Source of the DNA: Plasmodiophora brassicae
Taxonomy: Eukaryota
Direction: 5' to 3'
NCBI GenBank assembly: GCA_036867785.1
Contig: CP145419.1
Location: forward strand, 310,001-374,000
Length of the DNA: 64,000 bases
The position numbers and the translations under genes are program-made. The notes under the pieces are model-generated. The model did not search any database, had not been told where the DNA came from, and was given only the letters and a program-made list of their open reading frames with translations. Each line of letters opens with the position of its first letter. Position 1 is the stretch's first letter. This document shows, piece after piece, positions 45,501-57,427 of this stretch.

Positions 45501-46999
45501 TCAGTTTGATTTCTTTATGTCATTGGCGGTCGGCGTCGTTGATGCCTTCTTATTCTTGAGCACAATCGCGACGCAGACGATGACGTAGACGGGCGCGATG
45601 ATCGCCCATATGACCTTGACGTGGAACGGCACAGGTGTGTCCAGGATCTTTCGGTTGCCGAACTTGATGCAGATCAGCGCCTCGACGATGACAATCAAGG
45701 CGAGAACCCAGGCCTGCGACCCAAGCCGTTTGCAGGCCTCGTCGCTGGTGTAGATGTAGAGCTGACGCAACGACGGGAGGCCAATGACGAACAGTAGGCA
45801 GAGACGGTACACATTCAACGGGTGATCACTGGGCACCCAGAGCAAGTCTTTCAGGAAGAACGAGTTCAGGTCTTTGACCTGGAACGCAAACAGCAGTATC
45901 TGCAGCGTTAAGAACCGTCGCCAGTTGCGCGTGAACTCCCATTTAACGGTCATCCACGAGTGGGGCGACAGTTGGAGCAGGACACGTTTCACCTTGCCTC
46001 CACTGCGAAATGGCCAGTCAGTGACGAATCCATGTCACTGCAATGACTGAGGCAACCGTACAGCGTCTGCGTCTGGTTAATGCCCGTCCATTCGTATTTC
46101 TGGACCTGAACACGGGTCAGCATTCGAAGCCGCGATGAAAGCGAGCGCAGCGCACACATACTTCAAGGTACTTGCAAAGCGCATACCCGATCTCGATACC
46201 GAGACCATTGCAGAGGAGAATGTCAAGAATCACCTGGTCCCACCAGCACTCGGCGAAGTTCGGCAGCACGTGCGTAAACGATATCTGAGACACATTAGAA
46301 CCCGCAGGGCCGAGAGGCATTCGACGACGTCGAACCCACCTCGACAAGCTCCCAGACGATAGACGAGATCCAGCAGGCCAGCCTGTTTCGCATGACAAGG
46401 GACTTGGCGATCCACCCGAAGAAATGTGCCAGCACGAATCGGTCGTTCAGCGCGGCGCTGAACGTTTGCCAGGTGAACTCGCAGTGGGTTGCGTATTGCC
46501 GCTCCTCTGGAAGTCTATTCAGGCCAGCGTCGAAGAACGTCATCGCCCAGCGCGCCGTGTGCACATCCATAAAGAGGAGCACGACCAGCGCGTACAGGTA
46601 GAGGACGGACGCGCCGAACACGAGCCGCCATACTGCTGGATTCGGTCGGATGAACGGCCCCGAGGGAAACACCAGCAACCCGAGTACAATGAACACGAAG
46701 GATGCAGCGAGGAGACCTCGCCGTAGGCACCTGGCCCAGCCAGGTCAGCAAACGGAGTTCAGCAGTACCGCGTTTGCAACCGACGTGACGATATCGACGT
46801 TCTGGTCGGTCATGAAGGCGGTGATGACGAGGGCGACCACGCAGGTGCCGAGCGCGATCATCGAGTGCGGCGTGTACAACCATTCGATCGTCACGTCGTT
46901 GACGTACTGCTCGTTGGAATAGTCGCGCGCGGTTGAATTCGACCGCGCGAGGCCGGGTGCGATACGACGCTCGGCGACCGGGGCGCTGGCGTCGCCCAT
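45501..46999 (-). CDS. PTDSS: Phosphatidylserine synthase (base-exchange, PTDSS family)
   Basis: [61 protein letters not shown]. Confidence 0.93.
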
Positions 47000-47752
47000 G
47001 GGTTCCCCTGCTGCTGCTGCTGCTGCTGCTGCTGATCAGTCGGCGCCACTCAGCGCGCACAAGTCCGTTACGGACGCCGAGGCGCAGACAGACACTGCCG
47101 CGCTGCCGATGCCCCCCGCCCCTGAACGAAACCAACCGGTCGCTCAAGAATTGAACAGCGACAGCTATTAGGGGAGTAGGTGCGGTGTTGCACGTGGGCT
47201 AACTCGTGGTGTTTAGGAGCGCCTGGGTGTGGCACTATCGTCCACCAGGTGGTACAGGGTTCGTAAATGAGTCACGGTGAACCGGGATCCGGAACCGGAA
47301 CACGAGACAGGGATCAAACTGCGAAATGTCGCATAGGGACGAACGGATGGTGCCGCCGAGCTCTGTACAGCCGTGTCGTGACGCGACGTTGTCGTACTTG
47401 AACGCGATCTTGCCGCTACCGGATATCGATATATCGTTCCTACCCGGAGGCGACAAACTGCTCGATGCCACGCTTGCCGACCTGATCGAGCGGCATGCTG
47501 CCTACGTCGAACGAAAGCGACAACTCGATCTGAGGAAGATTGCCAACATGCGAACCTTCAAAGGCATTCGGTGACGTCGGGCGAATTGTGTTGACATAAA
47601 GAGCACGATCCCGAGGTTGTGACAGACGTCGAGCGACCAGATTCGGCCGGTTGCCCCCCAGATAATAGATCCAACTCGTGCAACGACAACGAGATGAAAT
47701 GAATGAAGTGTAATTGACATTTGCAGGTCGAGGCGTAGACCCAGGTGAATGG

Positions 47753-49619
47753 TTAGTAGCAGACAACGTAGACGTGGGCGGGAATGCCGTTCATCTTACG
47801 AGTGGGTCTGTCAAGTCCGACGGTCGGCAAATTGGCGCAAATGGGGTTCCCTTTGAGCACCCTGTAGTCGAAGCAGTTCAGAAGAAGTGCAATATATGCA
47901 ACCGTTACCGGCAGTCCTACGTACAGACGTTGCAGACTGGACAGATTGTCGAAAATGCCAGGCTGGTCGAGTGCCTTGATCCGATTGTCGGACAGGTCGC
48001 TGGGCACACGTCACCTAGCGGCGTTAGGCCCGGATATCTGATGGCAACCCACATACATCTTGGCGAGCGACGTCAGATCGTCGAATGCACCCTGCGTAAT
48101 AGTTTTCACCTTGTTTCCTGACAAATCCCTGTGCAACCGCTCGTCAGATGACAGTCTCTGATGTAACACGCGTTTCGCGGCTGAATCGTACAGGGATCGC
48201 AACGATGTCAGACCGCGGAAACGGCCGGGTTCAATGGACCGGAGGTTGTTCTTCGAGAGCTCGCTGTGCCAACATGTTTGACCGTCGTTACACAGCAATG
48301 GAGACGATAGCGATTCCTACAGGTTGGTTAGCCGCGGTAGCCCACGAAACGCGTGCATCCCGATGCTTTCGATACGGCAGCTGGATAAGGAACTGTGCAG
48401 GCGTCAGCATGGTGGCGTGAACGCGTAGTCCATGTGATCCGCCAGATGTACGAACAGTTCCGTAAGCGACGACAGCCCATCAAACATACCCGCCGTGATC
48501 GACAAGATCTGGTTATATTCCAGGGCGCTGTACGCACATGATCAGTCGAACTGGTATCGTTGAGGAATATTTCAGCGACACATACAGGCCGGATAACGAC
48601 GATAACCCAGCAAATGCACCGATGTCAATTGACTGGATACGATTAGCGCTCAACGATCTCTGCACGATTCAGTAGAAAGCTGTCGACTGAACGCGCTCGA
48701 GTCAACGAACAGGTCCTCCAGGTTGTCGAACCCGGCAAACGCCCGTCTGCTAACCGATTCGATGACATTTCCAGTCAGTACCCTGCAGGGAGAACAGTCA
48801 CTACAACGGAGCAGGAGCGACCTGAACCAAGTAGACGACTAGCCATACATGGCCTTTTGCGACGACCGGGCTGAATGTTCCGAAAACCAACTGTTGGACA
48901 AGGAACCCCACACCCCAGACCAGCCGCAAATGCCATACTGCATGATGCGAGCGCCACACTTGACGTGAAAGTTCAATTTTGCCATTCGTGCTGTGAGGTC
49001 ATCGATAACGTCGGCTGAGATACCGACACAAGCGCTAACATATGTGACCTTCACGTAAGCTATTGGCAAGTACAGCATCGATCATCATGGCCATGAACGT
49101 GTACCTTTTAGCACGCTTCTCCAGACATTTAGAGATTTTGGAAAGTGAAGCGAATTCGGGAAACTCAATGGCTCTGCTGATGCGTTCGGCAATCGAATCT
49201 GACATGGACTGCATGTTGAGAAAGTCGGATAGTATCAGGGTTTGGAACAATGCCCGAAGACTGAGTCCATTGGACGTCAGGCCTCCATGTTCCACAAACG
49301 TTTTCACCTGCACATGCATTCCATCATACGGCAAACGATTTGACGAGGAACCTGTGCGGCATACCAGGAGAACCTGCTCGATATTGGTATGTTTGAGTGG
49401 GAATATTCCATCGTGACCGGCATCGCCCGAGTCGAAAAAGTTGCGCACGACTTCTGACTGGTCCAAGGCGAGGGACCGCCTCGCGGTAACGACCTCGCCA
49501 TTGTCCAACACGAAATGCACGTCGTCGTTTGGGGGTGCCGATAAACCTACCAGAGAGAACAGCAGGAACGCACACCAGCACGCCACACGAACGTCAGGTA
49601 GGGCGATACCAGACAGCAT
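47753..49619 (-). CDS. Secreted SKP1/BTB-like + LRR protein, effector candidate
   Basis: Hydrophobic N-terminus (ACWCAFLLFSLVGLS). SKP1/BTB-like segment VHFVLDNGEVVTARRSLALDQSEVVRN...IFPL...LFQTLILSDFLNMQSM. Then roughly one LRR per exon (LSKNNLRSIEPGRFRGLTSL, LSGNKVKTITQGAFDDLTSL, LSDNRIKALD, LKGNPIC). Confidence 0.78.
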
Positions 49620-49732
49620 GATCGTGGATATCGATACGCCACAGCACAGAGGACGGATTGCCGTTTGCGGATTTGCGCCGACAAGAAAGTGAGGGCCCCA
49701 GGCCCCCAGACAGGCCACGGAGCGGGGCTATT

Positions 49733-51237
49733 TATGGCTGTCGTTTCGGGCAATGCCGCATTGCGCATGTCGCGCGCAGCCCCCGGATCAGGGATCCAGC
49801 ACGTCATGATGCCGATTGCCGACGATAACCTGAAGCGGTTGATTAGTCGTGCGCATGTACGAGTAGAACGCAGTAGAGCACCTTCTCTCTGTTGCCGCAG
49901 AAATAGTTTCATGTGGCACCCATTCAAGTTCCCGTTCGAGGTTGAATGTGATGATCTGATCGCATCGGCGATTCGAAACATCGGGCGGAAGGCGGTTCAC
50001 TGTCAGATCGTAGCAATTGTTACTTGATGTGAGGCACTCATCATGGCCTTTGGCCGCAAACGAGCCGGTCCCTGACGGTGTTCGAGCACGGTACCTTAAG
50101 GTGGGTCCAGTTGGTCTCACCGGACAGCGGTTGATTGTTTGGACGTTGAACGCATAAGCGTCGTAAAACGGATGACGATTAAGGGCGATACTCCACGAAT
50201 CACGAGCAAATGTGCGCTGGATGTGGTGGCATGTCGTCGACTATCGGGCGACACGATTACGACGGAGGGATGATGCAATCGTATTGCCCAGTAATCGATG
50301 AGACGAAGTGAGATTTGACACGGCAGGTGTTAACGTCATTGGAGGATGATTGCTTTAGTACAAAGCTCGCCGTTCGCGAGGTTCACGCGCATCCAGCTGC
50401 TGACGACGAACCATTTCTCCAGTGACCAAGCCGAAAGTGGTCAGTAGTTGTCTCGCACTGAAACTACGGGCTCGTTTGCGATCAGAAGACAGAGTGATGA
50501 TCATCCACAGCCCCAGGAACGTCGACAACGCTACGGAGTCCGTCACGGAGTCCGTGATGCAGCTGACCGTCGACGATTGTAACGGTGACCTCGTTCGTCC
50601 TGAACTGCTCTCGCACTGTCTATCCCCACAACAGGGTGCAGCCCTGGTTCAAGTTAGTGAAGAACTACTGCAAACGCCTGCTCTATTATGTTCGTTAGCC
50701 AACCGCCTGGATGACGCCATCGAGGAACAGAGGCGGCGATTACCTCACACCGCGATCCGTTCCGATCGGCACGCCGACCTAATTCATGAGTTGCTGGACG
50801 GTTGCCCACCTGAGCAAGTCCACATCCATGCCGCGATGGTGTCTGCCATGATCACGCGGCTCATTCGAGAATTGGCGCTGATTCAGAAGCAGGTCGAGTT
50901 CGAGACGTCTCTGGCGGAGGCAGCAGGCGAGACGCTGTTCACGCCGGCCCACGATAGGCAATCGGCAATCGACGCCGAGTTCGCAGAGCGATACTCCGAT
51001 TGGTTCTGCAGCGCTATGGCGGACGATCTCGAAGCCGTCCGCCGTGACGAGAACTTCCAGGGCACCGATGACCACATGGGCATCCTTCGAGACATGATCG
51101 CCGCCGGTCACGCCACGTTCGACAGCGTTGACCTTCGCGACCTGTTCAACGCCACACACGATTCGTCTGCATCTAACGTTCCCATATCCAAGTCTGCCGT
51201 GAACCAGGCCGCTGTGCACTACGATCTGCCTATTTAA
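49733..51237 (+). CDS. Hypothetical protein; C-terminus resembles an Rsa3-type helical domain
   Basis: Long final ORF 50422-51237 containing FAERYSDWFCSAMADDLEAVRRDENF..MGILRDMI. Upstream exons uncertain. Confidence 0.45.
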
Positions 51238-51306
51238 AACCGTGGCCTTTCGACTCGTTTGCTTTAGCGAAGATTGAAGAGACCGTCGGCGCGAAGGGGC
51301 GGGCAG

Positions 51307-52240
51307 TCAGCGCCTGCTGTTGGAGCGATGCGTTTCGCCATGTTTCGTGCCCGCGAGGGCGGACTCTAGGGAGTCGTACGCGCGCCGCTGCTTCTCCTGG
51401 ATCTTCTTCAGCTGCGCCAGCATCTCGTTCTCGACCTTCTCCATGCGTTCGATCTCGACCATACGCTGTTGCGCCTCCAGGTGCTCCCGCTCGATCCGGC
51501 TGTGCACCTGCCGCTTCACCTGGGCGCGTCTGGCGCGCGCCTCCTCCTCCTTGCGAAGTCGCGCCTGCTCATGCTGCTGCTGTATCTCTGCTTTCCTCTG
51601 CGCGCCACTTAGTGGGCAACCCGAGTTGCAGGGCACGTAGGACGTGCTACCTGGTACGCTGCACGACGACTGGCCTCACGTTGCTCTCGAATCTGCTGCA
51701 GGTGAAGCGTGCGGTCCTCCTTGACCCGCAACACCTGCTCCTTCTTCTTGCCGACCACCTTCTGCTTGCTGGCCTCCACCTGCAGGACGTGGTCCATCGA
51801 CTTGCGCCTCTCGACCTTGACCTTGACCTCCTGTCCGGCTAGTAAGTACAGGTTCCCAGTGTTCGATCAAGGACCTGCCTTGGACTGCTCCAGCAGCTTG
51901 CCCCTGAATAGCAATTTCGTCTCATGGCGCTTCTCCGACTCCTGCTGGACCTTGTAGATGAACTTCGTCCTGGACTTGGTCTCCTCAATCTTCCGGTTCG
52001 CCTTGCTCATCTCGGCCTGCAGGCCCCGCACGCTCAGTGCCTCATATACGCGCCGGCGGTCAAGAACCCTGTTGCGACCTTCAGCAGCAGCAGTCGATTC
52101 GACAGCATCTGGGCATCCGATTCAGCGCGTTTCCGCTCGTGGCGGGCAGCGGCCAGTTGGCTCTTCAGGACGGACAAGTCGGCGTCGTCCAGGTTCTCAT
52201 CGTCCTGCTTCCGGGTCACCACGACCGCTGTCGGCGCCAT
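51307..52240 (-). CDS. Hypothetical coiled-coil protein (multi-exon)
   Basis: Charged heptad-rich exons (RKRAESDAQMLSNRLLLLK, EMSKANRKIEETK, IERMEKVENEMLAQLKKIQEKQ) separated by GT-AG introns. Confidence 0.7.
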
Positions 52241-52716
52241 CTCTACCCGCCTGCCTTCCCCTAATGCCAACGGGTACCTACCGCCACACTGTACTCCTAT
52301 TGATCCATTACGTTGCCCTGTTTAGACGAACGATATCGTCGACGACTGGGGCATCGCGCGTGAACCTAAACGGGTGCGCGTTCCCAGCCAACGAACAATC
52401 GGCAGCGATTGATCCTTTCCGTCGGAAGGCGTCAGACGCGTCACAACCGGGATTCCTAGAAGGGCTGTGGGAGGCGCAAGCAGCAGCACTTTATAACGAT
52501 GACGACGACGACGAACGAGTTCGCCCGGTTGAAACCGATGCCGTTGCGTGTCCAAGTCCTGAACAGGCTGTTCCTGCAACGCGCCCTGCGCCGAAACAGG
52601 CGGGCGGCCATTGATCCCGCGTCGGGCCGTGCTGGGGACGTCCACGACGGGACGCTGACGGCCGCAAGCGACCCCGTTCAGAGCTGTGATCTAACAACGT
52701 TGACATTGTAGATTCC

Positions 52717-52750
52717 GTGTGTGTGTGTGTGTGTGTGTGTGTTTGTGTGT
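52717..52750. repeat. (GT)n microsatellite
   Basis: Run of gt dinucleotides with one interruption. Confidence 0.9.
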
Positions 52751-52865
52751 TGAGCAATGCCTTCGCCTATGGCGATGCCGTCTGAGGCGATGCCGTCTGA
52801 GGCGATCGCTCCCCAGGTACTACTACGTCTAATAGGCACTGGGCATTCGTGTCCAGCGGCCCGCC

Positions 52866-54821
52866 ATGCCGGACACGTCCAGGAACAACAGCCTGGAGCA
52901 GCGGCTCCTGCCCCTGCTGGAGCGGCTGAACTCCACCGATACCCGCCTGGCATCGCAGCACACGTTGCTGCTGTTCGTGAAGCACCTCGACGTCGACTCG
53001 GTACCGGGGGCCCTCGACTGCCTCTGCCAGGGTTTGCGCCGCTGATCGCAGCGCCCATGCCCGACACGATACCGACGCGTGTGCGCGTTCCTGCAGTGGA
53101 CCGCAACCAGAAGCCGATGGCGCGGGCGTTCGTGGCAGAACTGCTCGGGCATCTGTGCACGAGGATGAAGCACGACCTATCGCCGCACACGCCTCGCGTC
53201 CTGCACGCCCTGCTGAAGCACCTGGGGGACGCAGACGCGCGCGTCCGCGAGGCCACGTACGTTGCGTCGGGCGGCGTCGGCCGCTCACCGTCTGACAAAC
53301 GGGCGTCGTAGCGCGCAGGCAATCGCGCGCCTGGTGCGGGACGCGCTTCCCCTAACGAGCGCCTCGCTCGACACCGTGTTCAAAGGGCTGTTCCACCTGA
53401 TGGCGACCCGGACGCCACCGACGCAGGCGGCGGCCGCCCGGGCGCTGTCCCAGGTGCTGCTGGCGTGCCCGGTCGCTCAAGTGCGGGCGTCGTTGGGTGC
53501 GTGCGTACCCTGCGTGCTCGCGCGTCGGGTGCGTAGCGAGCGGCGACTGACCACGGGCGCAGAGCGCCTGACGGCCGTCCTGGCCCGGCACCTGACCCGA
53601 CCCGGCGTACAGTGCGACGTGCTCGAGCGCCTGATCGAGGTTGTCGGCGCCCTCGAACCGCACCAATCCGAACGCACCGGCGAGCTCCAGCGCGCCGTGA
53701 TCCGCGCGCTCGACTCGCCGGCCTGGCGCGTGCGCCTGGCGGCGGCCGACGCGCTGGGACGCTGGGCGGTTCCGTCTGGCGTCGTCGTGGACCCGGCAGC
53801 GGTCCTGTCCGCGCTGGAACCCTGCCGCTTCGACCGGATACCTCGCGTCCGACAGGCGGCCGGCATCGCGATGCACAGGTGCGTTCTCGGTCATCGGTAG
53901 CACTCGTCCACCGACGGCTCTGTGAAGGTGGCGGGCGCTCCAAACGGATACGGAACGGTCCGCGTTGGCGTTGGCCCCGAACGCGTCGCCGGCGCCGTTC
54001 GCGGTCGCCCCCAGAGAGGACCGCACCACGCCTGCCAGCGTCGAAGGGGAACCGTTCCCGGTGGCGGTGCCGGTGCGCGCCGCACCGTCCGACGCGGCGC
54101 GCTTGTGGCGGAAGTACAAGCAGATGGCCGGCAGCATCGAGCGGCTGTCGTCCATCGTCGAAGACGGGTTCACCAGGTAGCAACGCGCCCCGACCCGGTC
54201 GTCGTGCGGCGGCGAGCCGGTCTCTGAACGCGCGCGTTTAGGATCGAGACACGATTGGCCGCACTGGAGGCGGCCAAGGGCCACGAGTCGTCGTTGTCGC
54301 GTGCGACCACGTCGAACGGCGGACCGCAGGGCGACTGGGCCCGCATATCGTCGCTGTACGAAGCGGGACGCGTTGACGATGCGTTCGAGGTCGCGTTCGC
54401 CGCCGGCGACGACCTGCACCTCGGTGAGCAGGGGGGCGGCCGCGACCGCAGTGTGCCATGCTGACCACCTGGGGCATCGGCAGTACGACTGATGGGACGC
54501 GCCGAGCCGTGCATGGACCGCATCGCGTCGACGCAGACCTGGGCGACGCTGCTGGCGAGGATCGGGGCGTTCCTCGACCGGGGCGTGTTCGTCGACAACG
54601 TGACGCCGTGGATTCGCGGCGCCGACGACCTCGTCCAGGGGGCGGGCGGCGACGGCCTCGACCAGGTGCGTTCCAGGAGGTCGGAACGCGCCCGCCTACG
54701 AATGACCTCGTCGGCGGCGCAGGTTCGTCAGGGTCTACATCGCGTGCGGCACGTGGCGGGGACCACCAGGGCACGTGACGCGCACCGCACCGGGTACCCA
54801 TCGTTAATACAGAGCGTGTGA
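52866..54821 (+). CDS. TORTIFOLIA1/SPIRAL2-like HEAT/TOG microtubule-associated protein
   Basis: LEQRLLPLLERLNSTDT, HLGDADARVREA, LDSPAWRVRLAAADAL, LEPCRFDRIPRVRQA, and C-terminal W......GRVDDAFE....GDDLHL..LMGRAEPCMD. Confidence 0.75.
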
Positions 54822-54894
54822 CCCCTCGCGGGGTGGGGGGACCCGTGCCCCCGAATCGCACCAATCGGGCACACACACACACCCACCCGCACAC

Positions 54895-57384
54895 ATGATC
54901 GTTGTCGTCGTCGTCGTCGCCCACCTGTCGGTGCTGGCGGTCGCCTGCGCCTGGCCGTTCCGCCTGCGCCACGACGCCGCCGACGACGACCTGCTCGTGA
55001 TGGTGACCGCGCCCGACTTCCTGAAGGCGACCATCGAGGCGGCGTACGACGTCGACCTGACCGTCCTGTCCCGGTCGACCATGCTGGCGTACGGCCGGCG
55101 GTCGCGCTCGGCGACGACCGCCTGCGCGCCCATGCCGATCGGGGTCGCCAGCGCCGATCCCGTCCGCCCCGCCGCCGTGGGCGACTTCGCGTTCCCGAAC
55201 GGGACCCTGGCGGTCGTCATGCTGACCGTGCACGGCGGCAGCCCCGAGCGGCAACGCAGGCGCCTGGCCGCCTACCTCGGCGACGACGACTTCGCGAACG
55301 TGACGATCGCGCCGGCGTTGTGGCCGTCGACGGCGCCGCTCGTCCAGGTGCGGTGGCGCGTTCGCGACCACCACGACGGGCGCCGGATGGCCGACCTGCT
55401 GCGAGCGCTGCCCGGCGTGGTCAGCATCGACCCGGTCGGCGCCGTCGTCCCGCAGCTGATGCACGCCACCGACCTGCTGTGGCACGGCGACGCGGCCCGC
55501 TTCGAGCACCATGGCGTCGACTACGCCAACCTGGCCGACATCCGCAAGCGGTACGCGGGCCAGGGCGTCACCGTCGGCGTCGTCGAGGTCGGCCCCGCGC
55601 TGCTCGGCGACCTGTTCATCTACTCGGAGGTGGACCCGGTCGCCTGGACGTCGCAGGGGCGGCCGGCACCAGCCGCCCCCTGCCTCGTCCGAGGGTTCCC
55701 CTACGCCAACAAGGTCTGCCAGTACGTCGTGTACAGGGCCGAGGCGAGCGGCGGCGGCGTCGGCCTGGCGCGCGCCTCCGACACGGGCAACGACGCGTGG
55801 GACGCGCAACGCCCGATGCACGGGACCGGCGTCGTCGCCGCCGTCAACGGCGAGTACGTCGAGCGGCGGGCGTACGACCCCGACAAGTGGCTGTACGAGC
55901 CCGTCCGATGGTCGCCCCGCGTCCGCTGCTACGACCTGTCGGGGATGGCGCCGCGCGCCCGCGTCTCCTACTTTGAGCTCGGCGCGTCGTCGTCGCCGAC
56001 GGTCACGATCCCGGGCCTGGACCTCGGCGAGCACGTCCTCGCCTGGGCGTACGCGTCCGGCGCGCGCATCCACCTGAACGCCTGGACGGTCGGGGGCGGC
56101 GTCGAGGGCCGCCGCACCGGCTACGACTGGCTGGCGCGCGACGTCGACAGGTACATGTACGGGCGGCAGGACGCCCTGGTGATCTGCGCCGCCGGCCGCC
56201 AGGACGCCGTCGTGTCGCCCGGCCTGGCGAAGAACGCGCTGACCGTGGGCGTGTCGCTGAACCCGGGGCGCCAGGTCGCCAAGCTGTCGGCGCACTGGCT
56301 GAAGGGGCGTCGCATCCGGCCCGAGTTCGTCGGCGCCGCCCGGTGCAACCCGACGTCGGCGAGCATCCCGTTCGACGCGGCGGCCGGGCCGACGGCCGAC
56401 GGGCGCATCAAGCCCGACCTGGTCGCCCCCGGCTACATGGTCGTCGTGGCGCAGACCGGCGCGGACCGCCACCGCTTCATGTTCGCCTGCGACGACGTGC
56501 GCCGCGCCGACGTCGAACCCCTGATCGGGTCGTCGGTGTCGGCGGCGCTCGTCGCCGGCCTCGCCGCCATCTTCCGCCAGTTCGTCCGCGAGCGGTACCG
56601 GATGGCGGCGCCGTCCGCCGCCCTCATCAAGGCGCTGCTGATCCACTCGGCCAAGCCGATCGACGGCCCGCGCCTCGACCGGCGCGGCTGCCCGGATCGG
56701 CGGGCGCGCCCGGTGGCCTTCGCCGACGCCAACGCGCCGAACGGCGACCAGGGCTGGGGGCGCCCCGAGATCCACTGGATGGTGTCGAACCCGGACAGCG
56801 TCTTCTTCCCCGGGTACGACGGCACGGCCAACATGCCGTTCGGCGACCCGGACGTCGGCAACGGGCAGCGGTTCGTGTCGCGGTGGTGCGTGCGCCCGGG
56901 CGCCAGCCAGGACGCGGGCACCGACCGCATCGTCGTCACCCTGGTGTGGACCGACCCGCCCGCCGAGCCGCTCGCGCCCATCGCCCTGGTCAACGACCTC
57001 GACCTGGTCGTCGAGTACCGCGGCGCGACGTACCGGGGCAACATGGGGGCGACGGCCGGGCAACCCGACCGGCGCAACAACGTCGAGAAGGTCGTCCTGC
57101 CCGCGTTGCCGGGGTCGGCGTGGTGGGCGCAGACGCTGGAGATCGTCGTCGAAGGGCACAGGGTCGTCACCGGGACGCAGCCGTTCTCGTTGGTCCTGAC
57201 CGGGAACGTCCGGGCGGGCGGCTGCGATGAGGCGGAGGCGGGGCGCGCGCCGGTCTACGAGAAGTGGCAGGCCAGGTACACGGCCAACATGGTGGCCTGG
57301 CTGGGCGTCTACGTCGCCGTGACGGTCGTGTTCTGCACGGGCGCCTGCGCCTGGGCACAGATACGGCCCCTGGTGGGGCTCTGA
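54895..57384 (+). CDS. S8 subtilase-like protein (KP-43/TagC-like) with C-terminal TM, intronless
   Basis: Signal peptide, GQGVTVGVVE, HGTGV, SPGLAKNALTVG, GPTADGRIKPDLVAPG, GSSVSAALVAG, PSAALIKALLIHSA, QGWG, LVWTDPP, NDLDL, NNVE. Confidence 0.9.
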   Translation: MIVVVVVVAHLSVLAVACAWPFRLRHDAADDDLLVMVTAPDFLKATIEAAYDVDLTVLSRSTMLAYGRRSRSATTACAPMPIGVASADPVRPAAVGDFAFPNGTLAVVMLTVHGGSPERQRRRLAAYLGDDDFANVTIAPALWPSTAPLVQVRWRVRDHHDGRRMADLLRALPGVVSIDPVGAVVPQLMHATDLLWHGDAARFEHHGVDYANLADIRKRYAGQGVTVGVVEVGPALLGDLFIYSEVDPVAWTSQGRPAPAAPCLVRGFPYANKVCQYVVYRAEASGGGVGLARASDTGNDAWDAQRPMHGTGVVAAVNGEYVERRAYDPDKWLYEPVRWSPRVRCYDLSGMAPRARVSYFELGASSSPTVTIPGLDLGEHVLAWAYASGARIHLNAWTVGGGVEGRRTGYDWLARDVDRYMYGRQDALVICAAGRQDAVVSPGLAKNALTVGVSLNPGRQVAKLSAHWLKGRRIRPEFVGAARCNPTSASIPFDAAAGPTADGRIKPDLVAPGYMVVVAQTGADRHRFMFACDDVRRADVEPLIGSSVSAALVAGLAAIFRQFVRERYRMAAPSAALIKALLIHSAKPIDGPRLDRRGCPDRRARPVAFADANAPNGDQGWGRPEIHWMVSNPDSVFFPGYDGTANMPFGDPDVGNGQRFVSRWCVRPGASQDAGTDRIVVTLVWTDPPAEPLAPIALVNDLDLVVEYRGATYRGNMGATAGQPDRRNNVEKVVLPALPGSAWWAQTLEIVVEGHRVVTGTQPFSLVLTGNVRAGGCDEAEAGRAPVYEKWQARYTANMVAWLGVYVAVTVVFCTGACAWAQIRPLVGL

Positions 57385-57427
57385 AACGAAACGGTGCAGA
57401 TAATGAAACGATCTGCGATGAGATGTA

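Noticed and set aside
47326-47574. 82-aa plus-strand ORF between PTDSS and the LRR gene
   Set aside because: No recognisable motif. It may be real but cannot be supported from sequence alone.
52253-52711. Short overlapping plus-strand ORFs upstream of the GT microsatellite
   Set aside because: No consistent exon structure or homology evident.
54238-57159. 973-aa antisense ORF
   Set aside because: It arises from strong GC3 bias in the subtilase gene on the opposite strand and has no recognisable motifs.
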